From Octopus sinensis (taxonomy: Eukaryota), in assembly GCF_006345805.1 (NCBI RefSeq), contig NC_043004.1, positions 67,394,001-67,458,000 on the forward strand: a stretch of DNA of 64,000 nt, in the 5' to 3' direction. The notes under the pieces are model-generated. The model had not been told where the DNA came from. It did no database searches and saw only the letters and a program-made list of their open reading frames with translations. Below, one piece after another: positions 23,818-37,059 of this stretch. Made by a program: the position numbers and the translations under genes. Position 1 is the first letter of the stretch, and each line of letters opens with the position of its first letter.

Positions 23818-24384
23818 AGATAAAAGTGAAGTGCGGTGCAGAAATTGTGGGAATTGGCTTCTATACAGAGGAGTTGAGAAACTGAGAAAGAGGCTGGGAA
23901 TTTGTGCAAATATAGGATAACTATGTAGGGAGAAGGACATAAAAGTAGAGTTGGGGCTTTGTGGTAGCATGTGGTTAGCTAGTGTCGAGTGCGTATATAT
24001 GTGTACGCCTCTGTAAATGCGTTGTATTTTCTGTTTTAAAATTCTATAATTCCTTTGAAAATATATTCAAATCGATGAGTGCTTATCAGTTATATTCATT
24101 TATACACTATATCAACTCTCAGACTCCTAATCACTTCTTGTCAAGTCACCACACGTATGCAATCGATCCGATATGATAACAAATAAGCAGTCATTCGTTT
24201 CCTTATATGTAACAAGCGAATCATAATTTGAAATAGGACCAGGGATGGGCAAAGGGTAGGGATGTAGACTAGGACAACAGACAATATGCCATGCATGGCT
24301 TCGGACGTATTTAACCGATGACTATCAGTCGGTCAATCAATCAGTCTCTCTCTCTCTCTCCATATATATATATATAAAGTAACA

Positions 24385-24559
24385 GTAAGACTGAGACTAA
24401 ATACTTTTTAAAGCCTGGTACTTATTCTATCGGTTACTTTTGCCGAACTGCTAACTTAAGGGGACGTATACTCTCTAACAGTGGTTATCATACTGGGAGG
24501 AGTGGGGAAAGACCAGGCAATAAGGACCCCCACCCTCATACATATAGCTATCTTTCTAT

Positions 24560-24590
<31 letters not shown>

Positions 24591-24795
24591 CATACATACA
24601 TACATACATACATACATACATACATACATACATACATACATACATACATACATACGACAGGCCTCTTTCAGTTTCCATCTACCATGTCAACTTACATGGT
24701 TTTGGTCGGTCCGAGGCTATTGCAGAAGTCACGCGCCAAAAGCGCCACGCAGTGGGACTGGACACTGAACCAAGCTTCTTTTACAATACCGTCAC
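24385..24795 (-). mobile_element. SINE family C with internal (AT)/(ACAT) microsatellite
   Basis: CTTTCAGTTTCCATCTACC..GGTCGGTCCGAGGCTAT..GCCACGCAGTGGGACTG; tail AAGCCTGGTACTTATTCTATCGG. Confidence 0.8.
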
Positions 24796-25545
24796 GCTTT
24801 ATTTATCCGTTTTCATTTTTATGCTTAATTTTGAAAGCGTTAATACACTTTTGAAAGGAAGACTACCTCGCACGTGGTAACATGCAGAGATATTTCACAG
24901 AATATTAAAAGGTTAAGCAGTTATTGCGTAAATCGTTGTTCTGTAAGATGACGTCGTTTTCTATAGCACTGTCGGACCTCCATAGAACGTGGAATCTCCT
25001 TGAAATATTGCTAAAGATTTGCTAAAGTAAGAATTTGGAGAGTGATAATCGGAGCACATGTATAGAAATGCGTTTCATTCATAATTTATTCAAATGTTAA
25101 AATATGAAATGATCAGATGTCGTGTTACGCTAAAAATTAATGGAAGGGGAGGAGTTATCTTCACGTGCCTGCGTTTCTGGTGAAGTTCACATAAATATTC
25201 AATGGAAGGCGTCGAAATAATATTAAAATAAGAAACACAGTTTTGTTCAGAAATCGAGGGCGCATAAACGCAATTCATTTATATATAATGTAAACTGAAA
25301 CGTCTATAACTTGTCAAGATATTTATGATCTGTTATTAGTGTGTAAGAGGTTCACTGCATACACACACCAACACACACACGCACATATATATATGTGTGT
25401 GTGTGTGTGTATGTATGTATATATATTGGTTAATAAAACGGATGGTTTACACCTGGTAGCTTACATTATGGAACATTCATTCTAACGAGGTGTTTGTATT
25501 TATTTCTCACCTGACGAGAAACGTCTGCACCACCGGATGCTCCTG

Positions 25546-25610
25546 AATCAGCTGCTGAGTGCTCCACAAGAAAAGTTGATGCTAGACCAGTCGAAACAAT
25601 TGTCTTGATT
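25546..25610 (+). ncRNA. Variant hammerhead-like motif (CUGCUGA core)
   Basis: Stem I AATCAG/TTGATT, core CTGCTGA (25552-58), imperfect stem II, then GAAAC-AATT-GTC with perfect palindrome ACAATTGT. Confidence 0.55.
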
Positions 25611-25746
25611 AATAGTAAATTCTCGTGTATTCCATCTTGTGTTCCATTTGTTACACACACACACATATACATATATATATACATATATATATGTATGTAT
25701 GTATATGTGTGTGTGTGTATGTGAGAGAGATAGGTTTAGTGTATAC

Positions 25747-25791
<45 letters not shown>

Positions 25792-26396
25792 CAAGAAAAA
25801 AACATTTTTTAAATATATATATTAATTCAAACCGGTTTTCGTCGTAATGCGACTTTTCAAGAATTGTAAGCTGAAAAGAATTTTTTTTATTTTGAGAAGG
25901 GGGGAAAAATAAAATTACATTGTTTTTTGCAAAAAAATAATAAACATATACAAAAATTAAAAAATAGGTACACCGATACATTGTAAAGTGTTTGTGTATC
26001 TTGAGTTCAATGATAGAGCTTGGAAAAATTACCTTGGAGGATTGAGATCCACGTGATTAAATCCATGTGGTGTTTAATTTAGGATGTTTGTTAAATGAAT
26101 GTCAAAACAGGAAATGGGGTAGGAGTTATCCAGTTCCTGTGAGTAAGGAGAGACAACTCTGTGGATTTTATGCTCTTCAATTGGAATTATCAATTTTTTG
26201 TAAGATAGGATAATAATAAACCTTAAATTATAAAATTAGCATTTTAGCTTCATTTGCATTATCTTTTTTTATATAATTGTTTGCTAACTTAACATTTAGA
26301 TTTTAACACTTTGTTTATATTGTTTTCTAATTATATAAATTTGCATTAACCAATTTATAATTTCATTTCAGATTGTTATCTCATATATAATAAAAA

Positions 26397-26519
<123 letters not shown>

Positions 26520-26615
26520 GAATATAAATTTTAGCTTGAAGTGATGACTGCATGACATCCTTATATATTTGTATTAGTCCATCCATGAAGAATGAGGTAG
26601 AAAAAAGAAGTATGA

Positions 26616-27955
26616 TTATCGTGGAGTTTGCATATTAAGATGCGTTTTGAATTTTTCAATAAAATGATTCTCCTTGTTAATTCTTCCTTGTGTGGTGATT
26701 CCGACTTTACATTGGTAGAAGGGGAATATGTAAAATTTGGGATTTTTGTCTTTAGCGCACGAGTCTATATTGATACTTAGTGGAATTTGACGGTATTCTG
26801 GGAGATTTATTTGTCCTTTATGGACCGCTACTCTTTTACGTAAAGGGATGCGCGTTTGTTCAACATAATTATGTTGGCAACCGGCGCATGTGAGAGCGTA
26901 GATAAAGTTCTCGGAGGAACAGAAGTTGGTCTTGATTTTAAACTTTGTTCCTTGTTTGACGATAAATTCAGAGTCTTCAAGTAGGAAGGTGCAGGTGCCA
27001 CAGTTTGGGCGTGCACATTTTTTAACTGATGGGGTGGAGGTGGTGTGTGAAGTTTGGCATTTGTCAAGAGTTTTTTCAAAGATTTATGTTGCCTTTTACA
27101 TTTGAGTATTTTGTGTGTATTGATAATGTTATTCATTTTTGGGTCTGTTGACAGTAGATTGAGGTTTTGTATGATTGTGGTATATGCTTCGATATTTTTG
27201 GAGTTGTGGGTGGAAATGTATGGAAGTACTTTGGGGCTGTGTGTGTTGTTGGGGTGGGTGGTTTTCAGTGTAATATTGTCTGGTTCTTTGGCACGATTTA
27301 TTCCATACTCTATAAAGGTGGAGGGATATTGTCGTTGTAAAAGTGTTTTTTGAAGTCTTGAAGGCGTATTTCTCGAGTTTTTGGATCCGAGACAATGGTG
27401 CATACCCTTTTAGCTAAGTTGAAAGGGATATTTATCTTGATGTGTTTTGGGTGGCATCAGCTAAAGAGGAGATATTGTTGTGAGTCTTGTAGGTTTGTGG
27501 TAGATGTCTGTTATGATTTGGTTCTTAGGTGTTTTTATAATTAGGAGATCAAGGAAAGGGAGATGATGTTTGCTGAATTCCATAGTGAATTTGATGTTGA
27601 GATGTATGTTGTTCAGTATGGTTTTGAATTCCAGAAGCTTTTTATAAGATTCTTTCCATATGATGAAACAATCATCCAAACACTTTTTCCAGTTTTCCAT
27701 TAGGTAGATGTGGAAAACGTGTCCAAATTTCTAGCGTGATATCTCATAGAGTGATAGTTCGAAGAAGCCCCTTATGAGGTTCGCAAGGACTGGTGCAGCC
27801 TTGGTACCCATCGCAATACCACATTTTTGACGGTAGAAGAGGAAATAATTGTTTGTCAGAACTTGAGTGATTCCGTAATGAAGGGCTTGTGAATGCGGTC
27901 AGTGAATGCCTCTGGGTGTTTCTCTAGCCAGAAATCAATTGCCTCAATACCATAA
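26616..27955 (-). mobile_element. Penelope-like retroelement (Neptune-like), 5'-truncated, frameshifted RT + GIY-YIG
   Basis: Minus-strand motifs: YRQKCGIAMGTKAAPVLANL; WKKCLDDCFIIW..LNNIHLNIKFTME..LPFLD..TDIYHKPT (ORF 27461..27700); LPYISTHN; Cys-rich linker KKCARPNCGTC; NFIYALTCAGCQHNYVEQT..LRKRV; KENHFIEKF..LN. Stop at 26616-26618. Confidence 0.92.
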
Positions 27956-28036
27956 TATATATATGTAAATACTTTTAATGTGTGTCTGTATGTGTCTTTA
28001 TCACGAGACATCACTGTTCTTCAGTAAGCTACCACA

Positions 28037-28500
28037 TCCAGTATTGAAATGACCCTCATACGGAATTAGATGCGTTGGGTTGGGCATCTAGCTAGGATGC
28101 AGGATGACAGGTTGCCAAAGTAGTTGTTTTAGAAAGAGTTGCAGCGAGGCCAACGTCCGAAACATAAACGGAAGAAGCGTTTTAGGGAAGCTGTCAAAAG
28201 CAACCTTGAGGCTCTTAATGTGAAAGTTGAAGACAGGGAGCAGATGACGCAAAGTTGATTGGTTTGGAAACAGATGATCTACAATAGATATAAAGCATTT
28301 GATGCTCAAAAATTTAACAATCTATCTTGAAATGAACACTTCTTAGAAAGGACTTAAATACAATCCCAGATACTTTTCTGCTTAAAATATTTTATAAGAT
28401 CTGCAGTAGATTCAGTTTGTGAAGAGCAGGACTTATTAGTCATATAAGATCTCATGACACTTTATATTAATTGAAGCGATGACGTCTTCTGTAAATAAGT
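28037..28500 (+). mobile_element. RTE-clade (BovB-like) LINE 3' fragment
   Basis: SIEMTLIRN*MRWVGHLARMQDDRLPK*LF*KELQRGQRPKHKRKKRFREAVKSNL, and terminal ICSR..RAGLISHIRSH. Confidence 0.85.
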
Positions 28501-29569
28501 GGCAATCATTATATATGTCTGTTCTTTTGTGTTTTCACTCTGGAGTGTACACCATTTGGCTCATCCACTACTCAGGTTTTCATGCACAATAATGTAATAA
28601 AAGGAAATGCTCCCTCCATTGCCCGTGGTTGGGTTTACACATACGTCAAAGGAATTAGAATATAAGTTTGTCCACATTTGATGACACATACATGATGCCA
28701 GAAGAAATCTCCATCAGATCATACTGTACACCCCCACTCTCTTTTTTTCTCTCTCCCTCATGTGATTTGGAAAGCAAAAAAGTCATGTAATTCTAGGTAT
28801 AGAAATATATAGACCAAATACGATTGCAGATCTCTTTGATAATATTTTTGTGATCAAACCATTTCTGTGACTGATATAATATATCATTCTCTCTTCCGTT
28901 TTCTATGTGTTTCTGTGTCTCCCAAATGTTTCTCTCCCTATCTCGGACTTAATTGTTTCGTCTGGAAATTACGAATCCTACTTGTTTCTAATTAAACCTC
29001 ACTGTAAGATTACATTGACGATGATTGCATTCACTATGTTCCTCGAATGCTAACATAACTAACGAAACTAATATCTATTGTAGTATATCGCCTAGATTTT
29101 AATTAAATATTTTCAAGTTGTTTATAATTCGCATTGTGATATTTCTCTTAATGGTCTTTATGCACATTAATAATATTAATTCGTAAATTATGCAGTTACA
29201 TGAAACATATTAATATTTCGTGTAAATTATGCATGTACATAAATACATTATATATTTCTATACAATCTTAATATATTTGTATTCAGGCGAAATTTTATTT
29301 CCTTCTTAGACAAATACTCACTCCCGAATAGCCACATTCTTATTTTGCGTACGTCAAAGAAACTTATCCAAACTAATGGTGGTCTTTGTGTGAGACTTGC
29401 AAATGCAAACAGCCACCTGTTTCCTCTTTTGTTCCACACGTTTGTATTATGCAATATTGAAGTTTTATTAATAATGCAGGACTTTGTATTAAATACTCTC
29501 TAAATTAATGTTACTAATGCAAAAGCATTATACATAAAATAGAAAGAGAAAAAGAATGACAGAGATAGA

Positions 29570-29697
<128 letters not shown>

Positions 29698-30379
29698 CAG
29701 ACATAGAGTAATACTACTGTCTGAATCATTAACATTTAAATATGATTTACTGTTTGCTAGTTAGAATATCTATATGAATGTATTCTTTCTTCAAGTTTTA
29801 TCATACAAATAAGATGATTATGTCCAAGAATACAATGTATGCAAAGAATTATTGAAGACAATGCCATCTTTTCAAATTAATAAACACGCTCTCTATTAAG
29901 CTATTCACATACCTAGTTGCTACTACACAAGCTGTCATACACATATGCTAGCATGAAGGCATGATTGCTATCATACATACATACATACAATGGCTTGTCT
30001 AGCTCTCCTATTTCTAAGTATTTCGGAATCGCTGAAAATATTATATGCTTTGGTACAGTGACTAAAGTCAGGGCACCAAAACAGTACTTCGTTAATCTAT
30101 GGAAAATATTGAACATAAAATAATCATATCTCACAATGCTTTTGAAGTGCCAGTCCTGGCACCAACAATTGACTGGACACAAGTTTCGCATTCTGGAAAT
30201 CAAAGCAAGAATGTTACTGGCCACCACTGGCAAATTCCACATCAGCAGCGACAGTAAAGCACCTATGTGATATAATATTATGGCTGTGAAGGCATACAGT
30301 CAGTCCAAACAGTTTTTGAATTCGCTTTGTATCACCCACACAGCACCTGCTTAACAGGAAATTAATACATACGATACAC

Positions 30380-31130
30380 ACTCAAATGTTTGAACAGGAA
30401 CTTCTTCAGAGTTGGAAAAGACATTGATGTGCAGGTTCTCTTAGAATCCAAGCATCTCGTGTGACCACAATCAGGCTGGTTTGACCTATCTAAACAAACA
30501 TGAACGAAAAGCAGGCATCGTACCAGCAAAAACCAATGCATGAGTACATACCTCGTAAGCTAGAGATAATCACAACATCGACAGGAAAAGTAACCTCCCC
30601 TAGATATTTGATAGATAAATTATATCCCACTTTGAACGATATGGCTTTGCTATCCATGAACAGGAGACAGCTACTAAATACCTGATTAACAAGATAAACA
30701 ATGATACCACCAAACATCAGCTTTGTAATAGAATGCATCGTCGCTGGTATACAGCAATTCAGAGCGGAGATGATAAACTTAATACTGTTCTGTGTGACAA
30801 ATACCGTGCAGTGGTCAAGAGTTCAGCAGCTCAGCGTGTGTGAGTGTACAATCAAAGGTTCAGGAAAAAGAGAATATTTATGGTGAATTAATGCGAAATT
30901 ACAGCACTGGTGACTTAACTATAAGATTATCTTTTGGACCTACAATCATAGGTGCCGTAAGCTATATACCTAGAAATTTACCCAAAAAACGTAGGAATAT
31001 TAGATTTTGTGAAGAATGAACAAAAGAAACTGAGGCAGATTCTCCAAATCCAGACTATTAATGAACCAGTGAAGATTTGTAAAACATTCCAATGATTCTA
31101 AAATTCTTTAAATAAATAATGTGGTGTGCA
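30380..31130 (+). mobile_element. R4/Dong-like retrotransposon 3' fragment, internally deleted
   Basis: SYQQKPMHEYIPRKLE; HFERYGFAIHEQETATKYLINK; KENIYGELMRN; PTIIGAVSYIP; QILQIQTINEPVKICKTF*. Confidence 0.75.
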
Positions 31131-31455
31131 TTGACAGTTCAACCAACACAGTAACTTAATCACATATTTACAGACACCTAGAACTCACTTAGCTCTAAAC
31201 GTTTTGACGCTTGGTTAGCGACCGGCTTTCAATCTCTTAAGAACTTAATTAGAACTCAAGAAAAACACGTATATACGTATATGTGTTCATACATACATAC
31301 GTACGTACGTACATACATAATACATATATGCATACAGCCTTAGATCTAGCTTAAAAACCGGCTCATTCGCTATTGGCAAAATATTTTGAAATAAAACTGA
31401 ATAGTGACATACATACATACACACACACACACAACACACACACACACACACATGC

Positions 31456-31498
<43 letters not shown>

Positions 31499-31654
31499 AT
31501 ATATAATGTGTGTGTGTATTTATACGTATGTACATATAAGACTTTTGCATTCATCAATTAGTATTTCATGTGGGTGATATGTCCTTAAAATGTTAAATAG
31601 ATACATGTGCATAGCCGATTATTTTCCTACTAGGCTATTATTTTATCTACCAAT

Positions 31655-31835
31655 AAGGCGGGTAACTGGATGAATCGATCGCACGCCGGGCAAAATGCCT
31701 AGCGGTCGCTATGTTCTCAGTTCAAATTCCACCGAGATTGACTTTGCTGTTCAGGATTGATAAATTAAGTACCAATAATCTAATCGATTAGTCCTCTCCC
31801 CCCGAATTTCAGACCTTCTGCCTATAGTAGAAAAG
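31655..31835 (+). mobile_element. SINE family M (head + short unit)
   Basis: AAGGCGGGTAACTGG..CAGTTCAAATTCCACCGAGATTGACTTTGC..AAGTACCA. Confidence 0.8.
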
Positions 31836-32480
31836 ATTACTTTTTCTGTCAAGGAAAGTAACAAAATATGTGCAATAATTTATTTCTTTTCTCTATTTGT
31901 TCTGATTTTCAGTTAACCTAACTGTATTACATAAGTACTACTTTGACCTACAATTCCTCATTAACGATGATCATGAAAAGATCACAGAGAATAAATTCTA
32001 ATTTTGTCTTTGAAAACAAAAATGAAGGATAAAAAAATATTATGCCTCATTTCAATAGCTAAAATTAAAAATAACGAAACAAATTATATAATCAGTTGCT
32101 CGCTAATTAAAACTATATATCTTCTTTTCATTGATAACATCGTATTTTATACAAAACGTTGAAAATAATGTCGCCTTTCATATTTTAAATATCATCGAAA
32201 ATATCGCTGAATCAGATTTTTATTGTATTTATTGAAGCTTTTTTGTAAATTTTCCTGTTTTGTATTTGGAGGGGTGATGTTTAACTGAAATAATTTTTCC
32301 ATCAGACGATTTTTCCTGGATTTTTTATTCGTATGTATTTTCCTAAATTAAAATGTTTCTATACTACACATTTTCATACGAAGCTAAATTATGTAAATAT
32401 TAAAAATCGAAATACGAAAAATAGCAACATATCACGCACTTTAGTTCTTTATTTAACAGATTAGGAATTATATACGAATA

Positions 32481-32680
32481 TTCGACGGATATTTGTCCTC
32501 ATCTGTTCATTGTTAACACAAAGTCTCGGATGACATGCCCTCCAGGGGACAAATTCGAACCTGGGTTCCCATTCCTTGTTGTTATTATTATTATTATTGT
32601 TGTTCAGGTCACTGCTTGTAATCGAACTCAGAATCTTGGGTTTAGTAGCTCGCGCTCTAAACCACTACGCCATAAGTCTG
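32481..32680 (-). mobile_element. tRNA-headed short repeat with (AAT)n spacer and decayed 3' module
   Basis: Minus strand TGGCGTAGTGGTTTAGAGCGCG (A box), GAGTTCGATTAC (B box), (AAT)n, then a tail shared with 4697-4763. Confidence 0.7.
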
Positions 32681-32745
32681 TGGACAATTATGGAGTGAAT
32701 TTTAGGACTTATAAATCCAATATTTTTCTATCCTTCCTTAATACT

Positions 32746-32835
32746 GGTACCCATATGCTACTCATATCTGCATTAGGTAGGACACAACAACCTCCTTAGC
32801 TTACCTAGTGCAGATATGAGCAGCATATGGGACCC
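32746..32835. mobile_element. ~90-bp foldback element (33-34-bp arms)
   Basis: GGTACCCATATGCTACTCATATCTGCATTAGGTA (32746-79) vs TACCTAGTGCAGATATGAGCAGCATATGGGACC (32802-34): 2 mismatches and 1 indel. Confidence 0.8.
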
Positions 32836-33990
32836 GGTTCAGCTTTGCTAATTCAGTTTTTGTGCAGTCTACAAAAGTTGCTGAATATCTAAGTAATGAT
32901 GCTGTACAAGTATTTACAGCCTTCCTTAGATTCGTACCATTTAGCTTTGACTTCATTAGCTTCCTCACTCTTCTGACGTACTCGTTCTCAATTTTCGTTT
33001 TCATTTCTATAGTTACAACTCTGTCGGATTTTGATACTTCTAGATACTTGTAACTCTCTCTTTCAATGATTTTAATGTCTTGCTATCAGGTATTTGGATA
33101 CCTTCGCTTTTCACTCCCTATCCCTTTTCTCATGATTAATACTGCAGACTTATCTATGCCAAATTCCATGCTTGCATGTTTGCCGAAGAGATAGTCTGTG
33201 TAAAGAATCTCTCTCTTTTTCATTCTTACTAAAAAGCTTCAGATCATCTATTGAGAGCAAATTGTTAATTTTTCTATTACTATTTCTGAACTGATACCCT
33301 GCTTTTGCCTTCCTGAATACTGAACTGAGTGAGACCAAACGCAAGACAAATATTAAGGGAGATAACGAGTCTCCTTGGAAAATTCCTCTCTTGATATCAA
33401 CTTTTTCTGGGACTGTGTTACCTAAGTAGAGATCTATTTTCCATTTATTCATGCTAAAGCTAATTAATTCTTTTGTGTTGTTTGCTATACTGAATATACT
33501 CAAACATTCATGAGTGTGAGGTCACGCTATAGGCTTGTTATAATCTATACATGCTATAGTTAAAATTTTCTTTCTACAATTTACTTCATTTAGAAGTACT
33601 TTACCTAAGTATAATAGATCATGGGTTCCTCCAGCCTTCTTCCTGCAACATTTCTGTTCTTGCAGTGAATTCCGGCATTCTAGATGCCCGTAAATGCTTT
33701 CTGAAAGTATTTGGGTTGAACAGATTCCACACAATTGATTAGCAAGTTATTGGTCAATAATTTCTAGCTGTATTACCATTGTTATGTAACGAATACCGTT
33801 CTACCTCTAGTTATCTAATCTGTTATTATTTCTCTATTTAAGCAATCCTGAAGTTGTTCCCTCAGCTTCCCATGTAAGGTACGAACTTTTTCCAAACAGT
33901 CCCCTTGAAACGAATCTGGTCCTGAGCCCTTCCATTTCGGCATTTTTCTTTAAGCTTTACTCATTTATGCACGAGTTGGTCTCAGATCTG
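32836..33990 (-). mobile_element. R4/Dong-like retrotransposon, reverse-transcriptase fragment
   Basis: MPKWKGSGPDSFQG..RGRTV; CRKKAGGTHDLL..IACIDYNK; RGIFQGDSLSPLIF; INNLLSIDDLKLFSKNE; EYVRRVRKLMKSKLNGTNL.KAVNT..SLLRYSA (ORFs 33522, 33150, 32801). Confidence 0.9.
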
Positions 33991-36900
33991 GCTGCTTCTG
34001 ACTCACTATTCATCCCTCAATTTTTTAACCATGTCTGTTAAATTGCGTATCTGTGGAATCACCTATGAAATTTTAATAGCTCATATGAAATGGAATTAGC
34101 ACACGTATTTTTACCACAAATGATTAAGGCTACTCTTATTAAGACTTTCCCCTGAAATATGCATCGCTGTGCCTCTTTAAGGTGAGCATTAATATAAATA
34201 TGGGCCTGTGGCCATATTTATTCGGAATCTTATTTGTAGAAGCTCATAAAGAGTTAAAGGCCATTCGCTAATGACTCGTACACAGTTCACTGATTTTGCC
34301 ACTCTCCTTGACCAAAATATTGACCTCGTAAATTTTCAGTCCATTACACAACCTCTTGCATCAACTGTTAGTGGGATGCTATGAATATAAATCTAGCATG
34401 TCTTAACTAAATCTCGTGTGTTAATAACTACACACAACTGACATAATCATCTCCCCAATAAAGGCTGACATATATATATTTATACATATATATATAAGGG
34501 GGATAGACTGGGAAACGGGGAGAGAGTACGAGAGAGAGAGATGCAGATAATAGTGATACAGAGAGGGATTTCTTTTTTAGTGTGTAAGTGCGCGTCGATA
34601 ATCACTTTTCCCTATTTTTTTATTTTTAATACTGACGAAGGTCACGTTGTATTTAATTATTTAATCGACAATAAATTAAGAAACGGTCATATGATGTCGG
34701 TTCCAGTATTAGAGGTAGATATGTTTTACTTGAGAGTGTAAACTGCACTAAATTGTAGCAGGAGGACTGCATTCCACAAATTTCATACTTTTTTACGAAA
34801 GCTTAATTCACAAATATATAAATTCAATCCAATGGAAAAAATATTTAGTGTTGCTTTCTAGTCAGATTGTGTGGACAAGTATCAGTATTTTCTATCGTCA
34901 AACTCACTTAATTGCTTTCGTATTTCTGATGTATTTTGTTGACCTAATTTTTGCTATATCGTGCTGTCTTTATGATTAAATGCATAAGAATTGTCACAGC
35001 GCATAAGTTTAAAAAATACTAAATGAGAATAGAATGTGCGCAATGAGAAAAGAGCATTGGTATTTATGCAGAAACCCTTCTTCTCATATTTGGGCTACAA
35101 ATCAACTGCTTGTGTTTAAATATGTAGCAACTAGATTATATATATATATTATCGTAGGGAAAGAAACTATTGCAACGAGTTGGAATCACGCTGTCTGTCA
35201 AGGGGAAGATTACAGATACTAACACATGCTGTTACTCAGAAGATGCAGTGTTCATGCAGGACGGTATTGTGTATATCGTTATAAAATTTCTATTTAAACA
35301 AATTTGAAGAATTACATGTTTCTTTTAATATTTACCTTTTATGTTTATCATCAGTATATTTAGACTTGAAATTGTGCCTGTTGATGGGGAAAAGACTAAA
35401 TGCGCGTAAATATTCTGTAATAATGTAACGAGTGGGTGTAATAAAAATTGAATATTTCTTTTATTGCAAATTACTAATGCACTTGCAATGTGTTAAATGA
35501 AATGTATTAAACGCGTCCATATGAAACAAGAATTCCAAGTGTAATTGCATTTTAAGATACATTTTATTGATTTTTCACTCATTTCAGTTAAAATCTTCAA
35601 AACGTTATGAAAATACTGAACAAAACTCATTAACAAAACTCATTAAATTCTTTTGTTACGAAATAAATTTTGTTTTCCTTTATTTTTATTCCATAAATAT
35701 GATTTAATTTTAATTTATGAAACATCTAAATAATTGGAATAGTTGTATTTTGAAGCCCTAGGTCTGTCTTTATTTAGAAACCAGTGTAGAAAGATGTGGG
35801 AATCATGATTAAACCTTTAAAATTTTAGCATTTCAAAGGTGGTATTATGTCATACCCATTTCAATGCAACCTGGTGTAATATTAGGCATATTTCCTGCTT
35901 TTCCTTGGAGACTATGCAACGTCATAGCAACAAACTTTTGGTTGAATAAACTGAGGACGGAAGATTACTTCTTAAAAGTAGAACTACCGTCAAAAATAAA
36001 TATGTTTATCAATAGTAAACATTTTATTAAAACCATCTCATTTAAATGTCGCAGCTAAGACAAACGCATTTCCAATCACATAGTAATCTTAATTTGAATA
36101 TTAAAATAAGTATATTTACTGATATATTTTCGTTAAGTTGTGTAAATTTTCATTTAATTAAGGAATAGAAGAGATCTGATTTCGGTGGCTTTCGCATGAA
36201 GGAGAACAATTGTCAGCTATTAGGAAAAGCAGTCTGTCGAAACTCGTCAGTGGTATCATATTTTGCTTTCAAAAATTATTTTAGATGCCTAAGAAATCAT
36301 GAATAGGTTTGAAAACCTCGCTACATCACTGCGTCCTTCAGTGAGAATAATATTTAAATTGAAACCGTTGGGGTCAAAAATTGATGCGCCCGCATTCTAA
36401 ACAAAAGTACTTTGCTGAAGAACCCAACTCAAAACCCGGATCAGCTATTGAATCCACGAACTTACTATCCACATAGGAAGTCATGTGCATTCAGAGAAAG
36501 GTTTCGAGCGTCTAGAATTATTGCTTAACAGCAGCATTAAGAGGATTAAAGATGATATATTACCTACGAATCTGAAGAAAATAAAGACACATACGCGTAT
36601 ATATACTCACACGACAAAATAATTATTCATATTCGTATAATTATGCCTAATATATTAAATCATCAGTGAACTTTTCTTAGCCCATTATGATAAAGAGTAA
36701 AATATAAGATGCTTCAAAATCTGTCAAGTTCCTGAATATATATGGACAAAATCAACTACCGAGAATATTTTGCACGCTTGCATTACCATATAAGGTTGTC
36801 AAAATCTCCCTAAAATAACAATATGTCGTGTAAGAAATGAGAGAGGCAGACATTATAGTCAGTCATATACAGTAAATTTATAGAAAGATTAAAGTCTCAA

Positions 36901-37059
36901 ACATGAAACGACTTCGTTATTTTCTCTCCCTTATCGAAGGAAATGTGGATGTGTGTAGCATAGTGGTTAGGGTGTTGAAATCATGGTCTTATGATTCTGG
37001 TTTCAATTCTTGGATTTGAAGGTATGTTGGGTTCTTGAGCAAAATTCTTTATTCTTTTA

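Noticed and set aside
34632-34688. CTGACGAAGGTCAC..GAAACGGTC hammerhead-like boxes
   Set aside because: Both boxes are present, but no stem II closes before GAAA and stem I is out of register. At best a heavily rearranged remnant.
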